A stretch of 64,000 bases of DNA from Deltaproteobacteria bacterium (GTDB taxonomy: Bacteria; Desulfobacterota; DSM-4660; Desulfatiglandales; HGW-15): NCBI GenBank assembly GCA_016931115.1, contig JAFGFM010000144.1:303-64302 (forward strand), read 5' to 3'. A program made the position numbers and the translations under genes. The notes below the pieces were generated by a model. The model did no database searches, was not told where the DNA came from, and saw nothing but the letters and a program-made list of their open reading frames with translations. Of the stretch, positions 39,705 to 48,950 are shown in pieces. Each line of letters opens with the position of its first letter. The first letter of the stretch is position 1.

Positions 39705-40733
39705 TCATTTTTTTTGTGTTGAGCCAACCCCTTCAGTAGAAATATATCCATAGATAGTAACATTATTTTCAATATGAATTGCCTTCTTTGCGATAACTGA
39801 TTTTATCTCTTCGGGCAGACTTATACATGACCCTTCTGATATATGGATAGAGGTTTGAGAAAATATATGACCTCCAATTCTCGCATTTCGGCCAATAATG
39901 ATATCTCCTTCAGAAAAAATATTTCCATAGACTTTTACACCCTCCTCAAGGATTATCCTGCCATAAGATTTTATATCTCCTTCAAATATTGACCCGTACC
40001 CGATCCGAATATCCCGCATAAACACTACATTGTTGATTTCTATTGTCCCGGGAGGTAATACTTTATCTCTTTTACGAATAAATGAATTCTGTTGTGTGGT
40101 TATTTCCTGCGATTTAAATGTCTCAAATGGGTTTATAGTCGTTGATAAAGGATTACTTGAGATAACGGGTCTTCCGAAAAGCCTGTGGAAAATGCAGTTT
40201 TCAGATAACAACAATTTTTTAGCAGATGAAACACTTATACCAAGGTTGCAATCCTCTTTAATAATTATGTCTCCTTCTGCATCTAACCAGCGTCTAAACC
40301 TGACTCCATCAGAAATTTGAGCATTCCCTTCTATACTTAATGCCTGTAAAACATTGTTTGGTCCAATGATAACATCGCCTGTAACATGTACCTCCTTGTT
40401 TAATTGAACATCAGAGCCTGATACAAAATTTCCCTTTATTAAAAGAAGGTGGTTGATTATCTCCCCATCACCTATATTTAGCGATGGGTGAATTGCCAGA
40501 GGTTCGTCTTTAGAGAGTTTTACATTATGAATCCCATGTCCCAGGTTAAAACCACTGGTTGCTTTTTCAAGGATCTTTCTGAAGGATTTTGCGAAATAGC
40601 GCGGATGTCTTATATAGTCCATTTCGATAGGCAGAGGTTCTGCATCTTCTTTTTTTATTATCTCAATAAGCCCCGGGATAAATGGAAGAAGAAATAACAA
40701 TAAAAATGAAATAAGTATTATCCATATAATCAT
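39705..40733 (-). CDS. Membrane-anchored beta-helix (bactofilin/hexapeptide-like) protein
   Basis: N-terminal TM then repeated G-D/N-I-x-I-G units (EGDIIIGRNARIGGHIFS). Confidence 0.7.
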   Translation of the reverse strand: MIIWIILISFLLLFLLPFIPGLIEIIKKEDAEPLPIEMDYIRHPRYFAKSFRKILEKATSGFNLGHGIHNVKLSKDEPLAIHPSLNIGDGEIINHLLLIKGNFVSGSDVQLNKEVHVTGDVIIGPNNVLQALSIEGNAQISDGVRFRRWLDAEGDIIIKEDCNLGISVSSAKKLLLSENCIFHRLFGRPVISSNPLSTTINPFETFKSQEITTQQNSFIRKRDKVLPPGTIEINNVVFMRDIRIGYGSIFEGDIKSYGRIILEEGVKVYGNIFSEGDIIIGRNARIGGHIFSQTSIHISEGSCISLPEEIKSVIAKKAIHIENNVTIYGYISTEGVGSTQKK

Positions 40734-40735
40734 AT

Positions 40736-42109
40736 CTAATTATCTCTATTTTGACCGCGCAATTTAAGAATGGTTCCAGGTAATCCCTGGTTTTTCTTCC
40801 TGAACCTTTCTGTCTTTTCCCATTTTGATTTGCGGCCTGTTATTATATCTATCAGTGCCCCTAAAAAACCGATAGCAATAAACCATGTGTTGAAAAAATA
40901 GTTAAATAATAACAAAGGTAAAAGCAAGACCCTGCGCGTCGAGTTGTCAAGCAGTGTGGCCACACCGATCTGGAAAAATGGGGCAAAGTTGCCAAAGGTA
41001 TTATAGGCACCTACAAAGATAAGAGCAGAAACCCCCGATACAATATTCATCTCACCAATATAGAAAAGTGCCAGCAAATCAAAAAATGCCAATAGCAGAA
41101 TAAGTGGAACAGTATATACAAACAGGAGTAATATACCATCCAACTTCTCTTTAAATGATAAATTTTTTGATGAGATAACAGGCCATAGATATCTGAACAT
41201 TACCTGGTTATGCCCTCGCGACCAGCGACTGATTTGACGTGCCCTGACATCCCACGTTTCAGGGACCTCTTCATAGCATTCAGCGCGATTTGCATAGGTT
41301 ACCTTCCACCCGTTAATGAGTAAACGGAAGGTTAATTCAGTGTCCTCAGCCAGAATTTTTGTATCAAAATATCCAAGAGATTTGACGATATCCCGGCGAA
41401 ATCCCCCGACAGTCCCTCCGTATTGAGGCGTGAGTTTCAGATTATATCTGGCCTGCTGATCAACCTGATACCCTCCAGATCTTTCAAGGTCGAGCATTCG
41501 GGCAAGTAGATTTGCCTTTGTGTTAACCGGTACTACCCGCCCCATGACAGCACCGATTTCAGGGTCATTAAAACATGCTGTAATATCCTTCAATATACCT
41601 TTGGGGGGAAGGTAATCAGCATCAAAAACAATAATAATCTCACCGGTCGCGCGTTTTATTGCTTCATTAAGAGCAGCAGGTTTTCCAGGGTCTCCTTCAT
41701 ACCTGTGTATGGGTTTAACTATGGGATAATGCCTGGCATATTCTTCAAGAATGCTCTGTGTGCTGTCGGAAGAAAAATCATTAATGGGAATAATTTCCAG
41801 TTTATTGTGAGGATAGTCAGCTGATATCAGCAAATCAAGTATCTTATTTGGTTCGATCAAGGTGTTATCATAAGTATCAGATCCGGTAACTAGTAAATCC
41901 AGGATCTGCCCGGCGACCTTTTCCTCGTTATGCATAGGAATCAGGACAGAAATCTTTTTAAGTTTCGAATCAATTATGTCCTGATAGTAGATACGTTGAT
42001 CAGAAAAAAGCCTGTTCAGTGTAAACAGATAGTGTCGAATTGTATAGATCAGAAGAATAACGACAGTGATAACAATATATATTTTGGAAATTAAAATGAC
42101 CATTTCCAC
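40736..42109 (-). CDS. Processive GT2 glycosyltransferase (cellulose/PNAG synthase-like)
   Basis: IPMHNE, NDFSSD, GKPAALN, FDAD, AEDTE, QISRW (QxxRW); N- and C-terminal TM helices. Confidence 0.92.
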   Translation of the reverse strand: MEMVILISKIYIVITVVILLIYTIRHYLFTLNRLFSDQRIYYQDIIDSKLKKISVLIPMHNEEKVAGQILDLLVTGSDTYDNTLIEPNKILDLLISADYPHNKLEIIPINDFSSDSTQSILEEYARHYPIVKPIHRYEGDPGKPAALNEAIKRATGEIIIVFDADYLPPKGILKDITACFNDPEIGAVMGRVVPVNTKANLLARMLDLERSGGYQVDQQARYNLKLTPQYGGTVGGFRRDIVKSLGYFDTKILAEDTELTFRLLINGWKVTYANRAECYEEVPETWDVRARQISRWSRGHNQVMFRYLWPVISSKNLSFKEKLDGILLLFVYTVPLILLLAFFDLLALFYIGEMNIVSGVSALIFVGAYNTFGNFAPFFQIGVATLLDNSTRRVLLLPLLLFNYFFNTWFIAIGFLGALIDIITGRKSKWEKTERFRKKNQGLPGTILKLRGQNRDN

Positions 42110-42885
42110 ACCATCCTGTTCATTCTAAGGTTTTGTGCAACCCTGCTATTGTAATAACTGTATATGCCCACTAAATATACGAAATCAATAAGGGGTCCAA
42201 AGGCGAAAAACAATATAGGGATATAGATAATCGAGAACCTGGAAACAATGAATAGAAAAAGAATATAACGCAAGAAGCCAAAAACAATAGAATAGATAAG
42301 TGTCAACAATACCAAAGCCGGTTTTGGTAAAAAGGGGTCAGGCATAAGCAAAAGGGCCAATCCAAGAATAAATGGTAGAAAAAGCCACATGTTTATCTGT
42401 GTCTTTATGTAAAGTTCAGAAAACTGAGTGAGTGTATAGGGAAATTCAGATGGTGAAATAGTAAAAAATAAAGCTGATGACAAATTAATAGCAGACATGA
42501 ATGCAAAAAAAATCGCAATGTTTTTTCTTCTTTTCAGGCGCGGTAAAATAATGATCAAGCATAGAGATATAATTAAATTGATTAAGGTTATAATGCTTGA
42601 AGGATTTTTTCCGGGTATATCGATAAAAGATATCCTGCCAAGCAGAAAGGCCTGATCAATAATATGAACCGTACCTGACGAAAAGTAACCAGAAAGGATG
42701 TTATGAGTGATAAGACATATGCCTTTTGTTAATAGCGGATAGACAAATAGAAAAAGAAATAATAATGGAACGGTTATACACATCAACTCCAACAGGAATT
42801 TCCATACTGAACCGGTTATTTTCCTGTAGGCACGATGATAATATATTTTTGTTTTTTCCACAGTATATATATCTCTCACCGTCAT
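42091..42885 (-). CDS. Multi-pass membrane protein of unknown function
   Basis: About 6-7 hydrophobic helices; overlaps GT2 start. Confidence 0.75.
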   Translation of the reverse strand: MTVRDIYTVEKTKIYYHRAYRKITGSVWKFLLELMCITVPLLFLFLFVYPLLTKGICLITHNILSGYFSSGTVHIIDQAFLLGRISFIDIPGKNPSSIITLINLIISLCLIIILPRLKRRKNIAIFFAFMSAINLSSALFFTISPSEFPYTLTQFSELYIKTQINMWLFLPFILGLALLLMPDPFLPKPALVLLTLIYSIVFGFLRYILFLFIVSRFSIIYIPILFFAFGPLIDFVYLVGIYSYYNSRVAQNLRMNRMVWKWSF

Positions 42886-42900
42886 GCCATTTTATGACCT

Positions 42901-42941
42901 AAACAAAATTCCGGCCTTACCTGTAAGGAATAAGGCCGGAA
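42901..42941 (-). terminator. Intrinsic terminator after PEP-CTERM gene
   Basis: TTCCGGCCTTA...TAAGGCCGGAA stem followed by TTTTGTTT on the minus strand. Confidence 0.75.
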
Positions 42942-42986
42942 AAAGAAATGTATATACGATAGTGAACTTTATAATAATAAACAACA

Positions 42987-43844
42987 TTAACCTTTTAAAA
43001 GTCGCTTACGTCTTACTGCCAATGCAACCAATCCTGAACCCAGTAATAATATTGTTGCCGGTTCAGGAACAGCAGGGATTTCGAAATTGTCATCAATTAC
43101 ACTGCCTGTTTCTTTAAAGGATAGGAAGATATTGTCAGCATACCCCTTGTAATCAGTCGGCCAGTAACTTCCAACCCCAACACTTAAACCATATACAACA
43201 GCGTCCATGCTATATGTCAGATCAAAACCATTGTTGAACGGAGCTGTCCATTCAGATAAAGTGTTAGCCATTAGGGCGTACCCTGTGAAATCAGCTAAAA
43301 TGGAGCCATCTTCTATTGTATAGCCATCATCAAACACATGTCTCCAAAAGTTTTCTCCAATCATATTCTGCTCTACCCAGATATTATTGGTTGACTGTGT
43401 CGAGTCAGTATAAAATTTCTCCCAGACAAGCTCACTAAACATATTATCATCTCTGATTAACAGCCTTATTACTGGAGTCTGCGCCAGCCATGGAGATCCA
43501 TACTCATCAGTTATACCTATATCTTCACGGAACCAGTCAAAGGATAATGCATCAATATCAGAGAGTTTTCCCCAGGAAGCAGTATTTATTTCGCCAGCAT
43601 ACCGTGAATAAAAAGCCCAGTCATCCAAAGTATTGGTGCTCAGGGCAAGTGATCCATTCCCTGACCGGGGATTTTCTCCGGTTATTTCTGCTTTACCATC
43701 ACCCAAGGTTACCAAATTCCAATTTGAGTCACCTGGATAGATGATATTTTCTGCAAAAGCATTAAAGCTAATTAATGCAAAGCAAATAAAAGCAGAAAGA
43801 GATATTATTTTTAATAAAGCTTTATATTTTTTCATGATAGCCAC
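42987..43844 (-). CDS. PEP-CTERM sorting domain protein
   Basis: Signal peptide (AFA), acidic mature domain, VPEPATILLLGSGLVALAVRRKR tail. Confidence 0.95.
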   Translation of the reverse strand: MAIMKKYKALLKIISLSAFICFALISFNAFAENIIYPGDSNWNLVTLGDGKAEITGENPRSGNGSLALSTNTLDDWAFYSRYAGEINTASWGKLSDIDALSFDWFREDIGITDEYGSPWLAQTPVIRLLIRDDNMFSELVWEKFYTDSTQSTNNIWVEQNMIGENFWRHVFDDGYTIEDGSILADFTGYALMANTLSEWTAPFNNGFDLTYSMDAVVYGLSVGVGSYWPTDYKGYADNIFLSFKETGSVIDDNFEIPAVPEPATILLLGSGLVALAVRRKRLLKG

Positions 43845-43898
43845 CTTTTGTTTAATTTATTCGGCAAAATAATAAATTTCTTTACAACTTTATGCTTT

Positions 43899-43914
43899 AG
43901 CAAAAAACATGCCA
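43899..43914 (-). promoter_or_regulatory. Sigma-54 promoter for PEP-CTERM operon
   Basis: TGGCAT-GTTTT-TTGCT. Confidence 0.75.
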
Positions 43915-44173
43915 CGGAAGGCAATACTAATAATAACAATAAATTCAGCAAGATAAATGTTAACAGGGATCGCCTAGACCACGTATATGTAAAAAATTAC
44001 CCAAAAACAATGGCATATTTGACATCAAAATGGTAATTATTTTCATAGTGTAACTCAAATTTTTTGGCAAATCATTTTAACATCTGGCAAAAGAAAATAT
44101 TTCATAAAATGTCCTATCTCTTACCTTTACCTTATAAATACCTTTTTAATACAATATTATATGCTTGCACATA

Positions 44174-44189
44174 TGGCATAGGATTTGCT
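44174..44189 (+). promoter_or_regulatory. Sigma-54 promoter for wecB
   Basis: TGGCAT-AGGAT-TTGCT. Confidence 0.7.
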
Positions 44190-44300
44190 AATTTTTATAC
44201 TTGTTCTTTTAAACGGTCAATAAGTACTTAAGATTTTTACAAAGATAGTTAGTCTATTTTTCTATATGTATCGGTATTTCATGTTTGTAAAAAAGGGAAC

Positions 44301-45425
44301 ATGATGAAAATTAAAAAAATTATGTTTGTATTTGGCACAAGGCCTGAGGGTATAAAGCTCGCACCTCTTATCATAAAGGCAAAATTGCGAAAAGATCAGT
44401 TTGAGAGCTTTGTCGTAAACAGTGCTCAGCACCGAAGTATGCTTGATGATGTTTTGGAGTCATTCGAAATAAAACCTGATCGGGACCTGAATATTATGAC
44501 ACCCAATCAGTCCCTCCATTACATTACTTCAAAGATTCTCGCTGAAATGGAAAATATCATAAAGGAAATGGATCCGGATATCATAGTTGTACAGGGTGAC
44601 ACAACAACAACCATGGCCGCGGCTCTCTCAGGGTTTTATTCGAGGAAAAAAATCGCACATGTTGAGGCAGGATTAAGGACGGATAACAGATTCAGCCCGT
44701 TTCCTGAAGAAGTTAATCGAAAAATGACATCATCAATAGTTGATTATCATTTTGCACCAACAGAGTCAGCAAGAAAAAATTTACTGAATGAAGGTTATGA
44801 TGATGCACACGTTTATATAACAGGGAATACAGTGATCGACGCCCTGTTGTGGACAGCATATAAAACGAAGGATCTATCATGCCCTATCCAAGAATTGACA
44901 CCTGTCCTTGACAGGTTTTCCCGTTTTATTCTCATTACCGGGCACAGAAGAGAAAGTTTTGGGGCACCTATTCGTAATATCCTGACAGCATTGAGGCAGC
45001 TTTCTATGGCGAATCCTCAGGTAGCCTTTATCTATCCAGTACACATGAATCCCAATGTTAAAAAACCTGTGCTGGAGTTGTTGAAAGGGCTTCCTAATTT
45101 TTTTCTTGTTGATCCTATACCTTACAGGCCATTTTGTTGGCTTCTAAATCACTGTTATTTTACTATAACCGATTCGGGAGGTATTCAGGAGGAGGCGCCT
45201 GCCCTTGGAAAGCCTACTATAGTAACACGTGAGACAACTGAACGCCCTGAGGCTGTTAATGAAGGCATGGCAAAACTTGCAGGGTCTGATAAAGAGCTTA
45301 TCATTCAGACTGCTCAAAGATTGTTAGATGATAATACTTATTACAAATCGATGGCCAAAGGATATAGCCCCTATGGTGACGGAAAGGCCTCTGAAAGAAT
45401 TTTGGACATTCTTGCAGATGATTAA
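44301..45425 (+). CDS. wecB: UDP-N-acetylglucosamine 2-epimerase (non-hydrolysing)
   Basis: FGTRPE.IK, QHR, QGDT, HVEAGLR, PFPEE.NR, HRRE, DSGGIQEEAP, PYGDG. Confidence 0.95.
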   Translation: MMKIKKIMFVFGTRPEGIKLAPLIIKAKLRKDQFESFVVNSAQHRSMLDDVLESFEIKPDRDLNIMTPNQSLHYITSKILAEMENIIKEMDPDIIVVQGDTTTTMAAALSGFYSRKKIAHVEAGLRTDNRFSPFPEEVNRKMTSSIVDYHFAPTESARKNLLNEGYDDAHVYITGNTVIDALLWTAYKTKDLSCPIQELTPVLDRFSRFILITGHRRESFGAPIRNILTALRQLSMANPQVAFIYPVHMNPNVKKPVLELLKGLPNFFLVDPIPYRPFCWLLNHCYFTITDSGGIQEEAPALGKPTIVTRETTERPEAVNEGMAKLAGSDKELIIQTAQRLLDDNTYYKSMAKGYSPYGDGKASERILDILADD

Positions 45426-45567
45426 GGATCTGCAAACCCCATGATTAAGCTATTTCTGATTCGCCCTACCTCCATTCCTTTAACTGTGGACACGGTGTTT
45501 AAGGAATTTCTTGAATTATTTTCTGATTATATTTATGGTTCTGCCCTGACTAAATAATGGAGGGTAT

Positions 45568-46461
45568 ATGAAGGTCATAAAAAAAGGATATCAGGGCGTT
45601 CTGATATTATTTACGCTTATCCTGATGTTACACGTAGGATGCTCATCTGACAAGGAGTTCAAATTTACCTTTAACCGCCAGGATGGTGAAACATATGTAC
45701 AGAAACTGTCAATAAGCAGGGAAAGGCTCACCGGTGCTGACAGCATGGAGATGGAAGATACCCTTTTGGAGACAAGGGTGACCTGCAGGAAGATAATAGA
45801 GGGGTGGGATATAGAGTCTCAGACCCTGAACACAATAATGATGAAAAATGGGGAGGAGATACAGAGCCCTCTGTTTGCTCTTATCTCAAAACTCACTATT
45901 ACATACCGAATAGACAGCAGTGGTAACATGAAGGATCTTATTGGATATGACAGGGTACTGGAGGCGGTGAAATCACAGTATCCCCCTGAGGTTGCAGAAA
46001 ATGTTTCAGCAGGGATCAATATAGATGCAATAAGGCAGAGGGAATTTTCTGAATGGAAAAACAGGGTCGGTGATTTTCTTGGTAAGAAATTTTCCATTGG
46101 TGATACATGGGAGCATGATGCCTCCTATATCCTGCCAAACGGAGATAAAATCAGCTACAGGGTAAAGACCCTTTTTAAGGAAAAGGTTCAGCAAAACAGT
46201 GTTACCTGTGTTCTTATTGAACAGACATATGACAGCGCGGGAGATGGTTTGACAGTAAAAGATGACAAACACCCTGAACTGGATCAGGAGAGTGCATCCA
46301 TAAATGGAATGGTTACCCGCATAATAGATCCCGCCACAATGCGGATTTATAAAGAAGAGGTGAAAAGGGAAATACATATGTCTACCGAGATGCCGATCAC
46401 TGGAAAGATACCGGAGGAGATTGTGGAGACACGCACCTATGATTATGAATATGGTCGTTAA
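45568..46461 (+). CDS. Putative lipoprotein
   Basis: Lipobox-like HVGC after hydrophobic stretch; GGAGG RBS. Confidence 0.7.
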   Translation: MKVIKKGYQGVLILFTLILMLHVGCSSDKEFKFTFNRQDGETYVQKLSISRERLTGADSMEMEDTLLETRVTCRKIIEGWDIESQTLNTIMMKNGEEIQSPLFALISKLTITYRIDSSGNMKDLIGYDRVLEAVKSQYPPEVAENVSAGINIDAIRQREFSEWKNRVGDFLGKKFSIGDTWEHDASYILPNGDKISYRVKTLFKEKVQQNSVTCVLIEQTYDSAGDGLTVKDDKHPELDQESASINGMVTRIIDPATMRIYKEEVKREIHMSTEMPITGKIPEEIVETRTYDYEYGR

Positions 46462-46469
46462 GCATATCC

Positions 46470-46952
46470 ATGGACGCCCTGCACCTGTTTACTGATGGAA
46501 GTTATAATCCCGCGACAAAAACCGGTTGTGGCGCCTATATTGCTGTAACAGACACAGGGGTGTCACCCGAATTATTGCTTGAACAGGTCAAGGTGAGGAG
46601 GTTTGAAAATACCACATCTGTCAGGCTGGAGCTTGAAACACTTTTATGGGCGTTTCAAGAGGTTGGGCAGATAGAAGGCAGGATTATTGTATACACAGAC
46701 TCTCAAAACATCATGAGTTTACCGGAAAGACACAATCGGCTTGAAGAAAAAAATTATCACTCAGGTAAAGGCAGACCGTTAAAGAACGCTGATCTGTATA
46801 TGGAATTTTTTAGAATGACAGAGAGACTTAAACCCGTTTTTATAAAGGTGCAGGGGCATAAGACCTCTCAAAAAAAGGATAAAATAGATAAACTCTTTAC
46901 ACTTGTAGATAGAGAATCACGAAGGGCCTTAAGAAATCAAAGGCCTCTTTGA
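46470..46952 (+). CDS. Ribonuclease HI-family protein
   Basis: LFTDGS, ELE, VYTDSQ, KNADL, KVQGH, VD. Confidence 0.85.
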   Translation: MDALHLFTDGSYNPATKTGCGAYIAVTDTGVSPELLLEQVKVRRFENTTSVRLELETLLWAFQEVGQIEGRIIVYTDSQNIMSLPERHNRLEEKNYHSGKGRPLKNADLYMEFFRMTERLKPVFIKVQGHKTSQKKDKIDKLFTLVDRESRRALRNQRPL

Positions 46953-47232
46953 GATTTTTTACTGACTGGTTGGACATAAATTTCCTCCATTGAATATTTA
47001 GTAATAGTGTGGTAGATTTTTGACCTGATTTTGTATGGAATATTACAACAGGCAGGTTTAAAGTCAATAGAAGTTGGTGATGCCGACATGGTAATGAAGG
47101 GCATTCAACTATCAATCAGTTAAAAATATAAGTAGTTACGATTTTTTTTACAGCAATAGATCACATCAAGTACCAGTAAGTATTAAGACATCTTTTTCTT
47201 GTAATATAGTTTATTTTTCACAGGTGAAGTAA

Positions 47233-47511
47233 ATGCTCCATGAGAATGAATTTGTTATGCTGCTTCTTTCCCTGGGTGTGGCGCTCTTCATAATCCTTAA
47301 AAGGCACAGTTTCAGGCAGTTCTATGGATGGAGGCTGCTTTTTGCGGCGTTTTTCTTTTTTACTGCCGGCTCTGTTTTTACGGTCCTGGAAACCTTTATG
47401 CTCGGCACCATTTTCAACCATCTGGAACATCTCTGTTATCTGGCAAATGCCTTATTAATGTTGATATGGTGTATCAGTTCCATTACTGTTAGAGGGGATA
47501 AAAATGAATAG
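47233..47511 (+). CDS. Small 3-TM membrane protein
   Basis: Hydrophobic 92 aa; overlaps the kinase start. Confidence 0.7.
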   Translation: MLHENEFVMLLLSLGVALFIILKRHSFRQFYGWRLLFAAFFFFTAGSVFTVLETFMLGTIFNHLEHLCYLANALLMLIWCISSITVRGDKNE

Positions 47512-48532
47512 CCCTATAGCTGTAATGGATACCCTTTTTATCATTGCCGCTTTTATCTCTCTGCCAATAGTGTTAACACTGAAAAGAAGGATAATCCCGG
47601 CTGACATCAAAATAGTTATTTCATCCCTTCTTTTATTTAACATACTTTACGGCCTTTGCCTTTTTTTTGAGTGGACAGGTGTAACCAATATCCTTGACCC
47701 CTATGAGGATCTCATTGGCGCTCTTATACCTATGATGTGGGCCTTTGTTTTTTATGCGATAATGCAGAATATCTCGGAGAAGGAGCTGAAACAATATCAG
47801 GATCACCTTGAACACCTTGTTGAAGAGAGGACTGACAAGCTTGAAATTGCTAATCGTAACCTTAGTGAATTTGCCTATATTGTTTCACATGACCTAAAGG
47901 CACCCTTAAGGGCCATAGGCCAGCTCTCCCAGTGGATAGCTGAAGATAACTATGATAACCTTAATGAGGATGGAAAGAAAAACATAGAGCTGCTCAAAGG
48001 CAGGGTCAAGCGCATGTACAGGCTTATTGATGATATACTTGCCTACTCCAGGGCCGGGCGGGATCATGAGAAAAAAGAAGAGGTGGATATGATGCGGCTT
48101 ACCGAGGAGGTGATCGACAGCCTCTATAAGCCTTCAAATATCCGTATTGAAATAGAAAACCAACTGCCTGTAATCCCTGGTAGAAGGGTCCATTTTCAAC
48201 AGATCATCCAAAACCTTCTGAGCAATTCAATCAAGTTCATGGATAAGCCGGAGGGGGTTATCACAATAGGATGTCAAAGAGATAATAACCTGTGGCGTTT
48301 CCGGGTAAGGGATAATGGCCCTGGCATAGATGCAAAATATAAAGACAAGGTGTTTCAGATCTTTCAGGTCCTTTCACCATCGCCCAATCAGGAGAGCACA
48401 GGTATAGGACTTACCCTTGTAAAAAAGATAGTGGAGATATACGGAGGAGAGGTCGATATGGAATCAGAGGTTGGTAAATACTGTGAGTTTACATTTACAC
48501 TGCCTGTACAGGCCACAGGAGAGCACAAATGA
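47504..48532 (+). CDS. Membrane sensor histidine kinase (Cph1-type kinase core)
   Basis: FAYIVSHDLKAPLR, QNLLSNSIKF, DNGPGI, TGIGL. Confidence 0.92.
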   Translation: MNSPIAVMDTLFIIAAFISLPIVLTLKRRIIPADIKIVISSLLLFNILYGLCLFFEWTGVTNILDPYEDLIGALIPMMWAFVFYAIMQNISEKELKQYQDHLEHLVEERTDKLEIANRNLSEFAYIVSHDLKAPLRAIGQLSQWIAEDNYDNLNEDGKKNIELLKGRVKRMYRLIDDILAYSRAGRDHEKKEEVDMMRLTEEVIDSLYKPSNIRIEIENQLPVIPGRRVHFQQIIQNLLSNSIKFMDKPEGVITIGCQRDNNLWRFRVRDNGPGIDAKYKDKVFQIFQVLSPSPNQESTGIGLTLVKKIVEIYGGEVDMESEVGKYCEFTFTLPVQATGEHK

Positions 48533-48942
48533 AAAAAGACACCCCCATTTTGCTTGTTGAAGATGATGAAATTGATCAGATGACTGTACAAAGGGCCTTG
48601 AAATATATCCATGTTACAAACAGGCTCGATATTGCCGGGAATGGTGAAGAGGCACTTGCATTTCTCAGGGACAGTAAAAACCAGAGGCCAGGCATTATAC
48701 TTTTGGACCTTAATATGCCACGAATGAACGGGATAGAATTTCTTTCTGTGATAAAAAAGGATGCTGAGTTTAAAAAAATACCTGTGGTTGTCCTTACTAC
48801 ATCAATCGAGGAAGATGATAAGGTGAAGAGCTTTAACCTTGGCGTTGCAGGGTATATGCATAAGCCAGTAGATTATATGCAGTTTGTTGAGGTAATAAGG
48901 ACTATTGACCTGTACTGGACATTAAGTGAGTTGTGCCAATAG
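48529..48942 (+). CDS. Single-domain response regulator (Rcp1-like)
   Basis: LLVEDD, LLDLNMPRMNG, VVLTTS, KP, YW. Confidence 0.92.
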   Translation: MKKDTPILLVEDDEIDQMTVQRALKYIHVTNRLDIAGNGEEALAFLRDSKNQRPGIILLDLNMPRMNGIEFLSVIKKDAEFKKIPVVVLTTSIEEDDKVKSFNLGVAGYMHKPVDYMQFVEVIRTIDLYWTLSELCQ

Positions 48943-48950
48943 GGGATAAA

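Noticed and set aside
46953-47232. Riboswitch or small RNA in this intergenic region
   Set aside because: No recognisable aptamer consensus or stable terminator; a covariance-model search would be needed.
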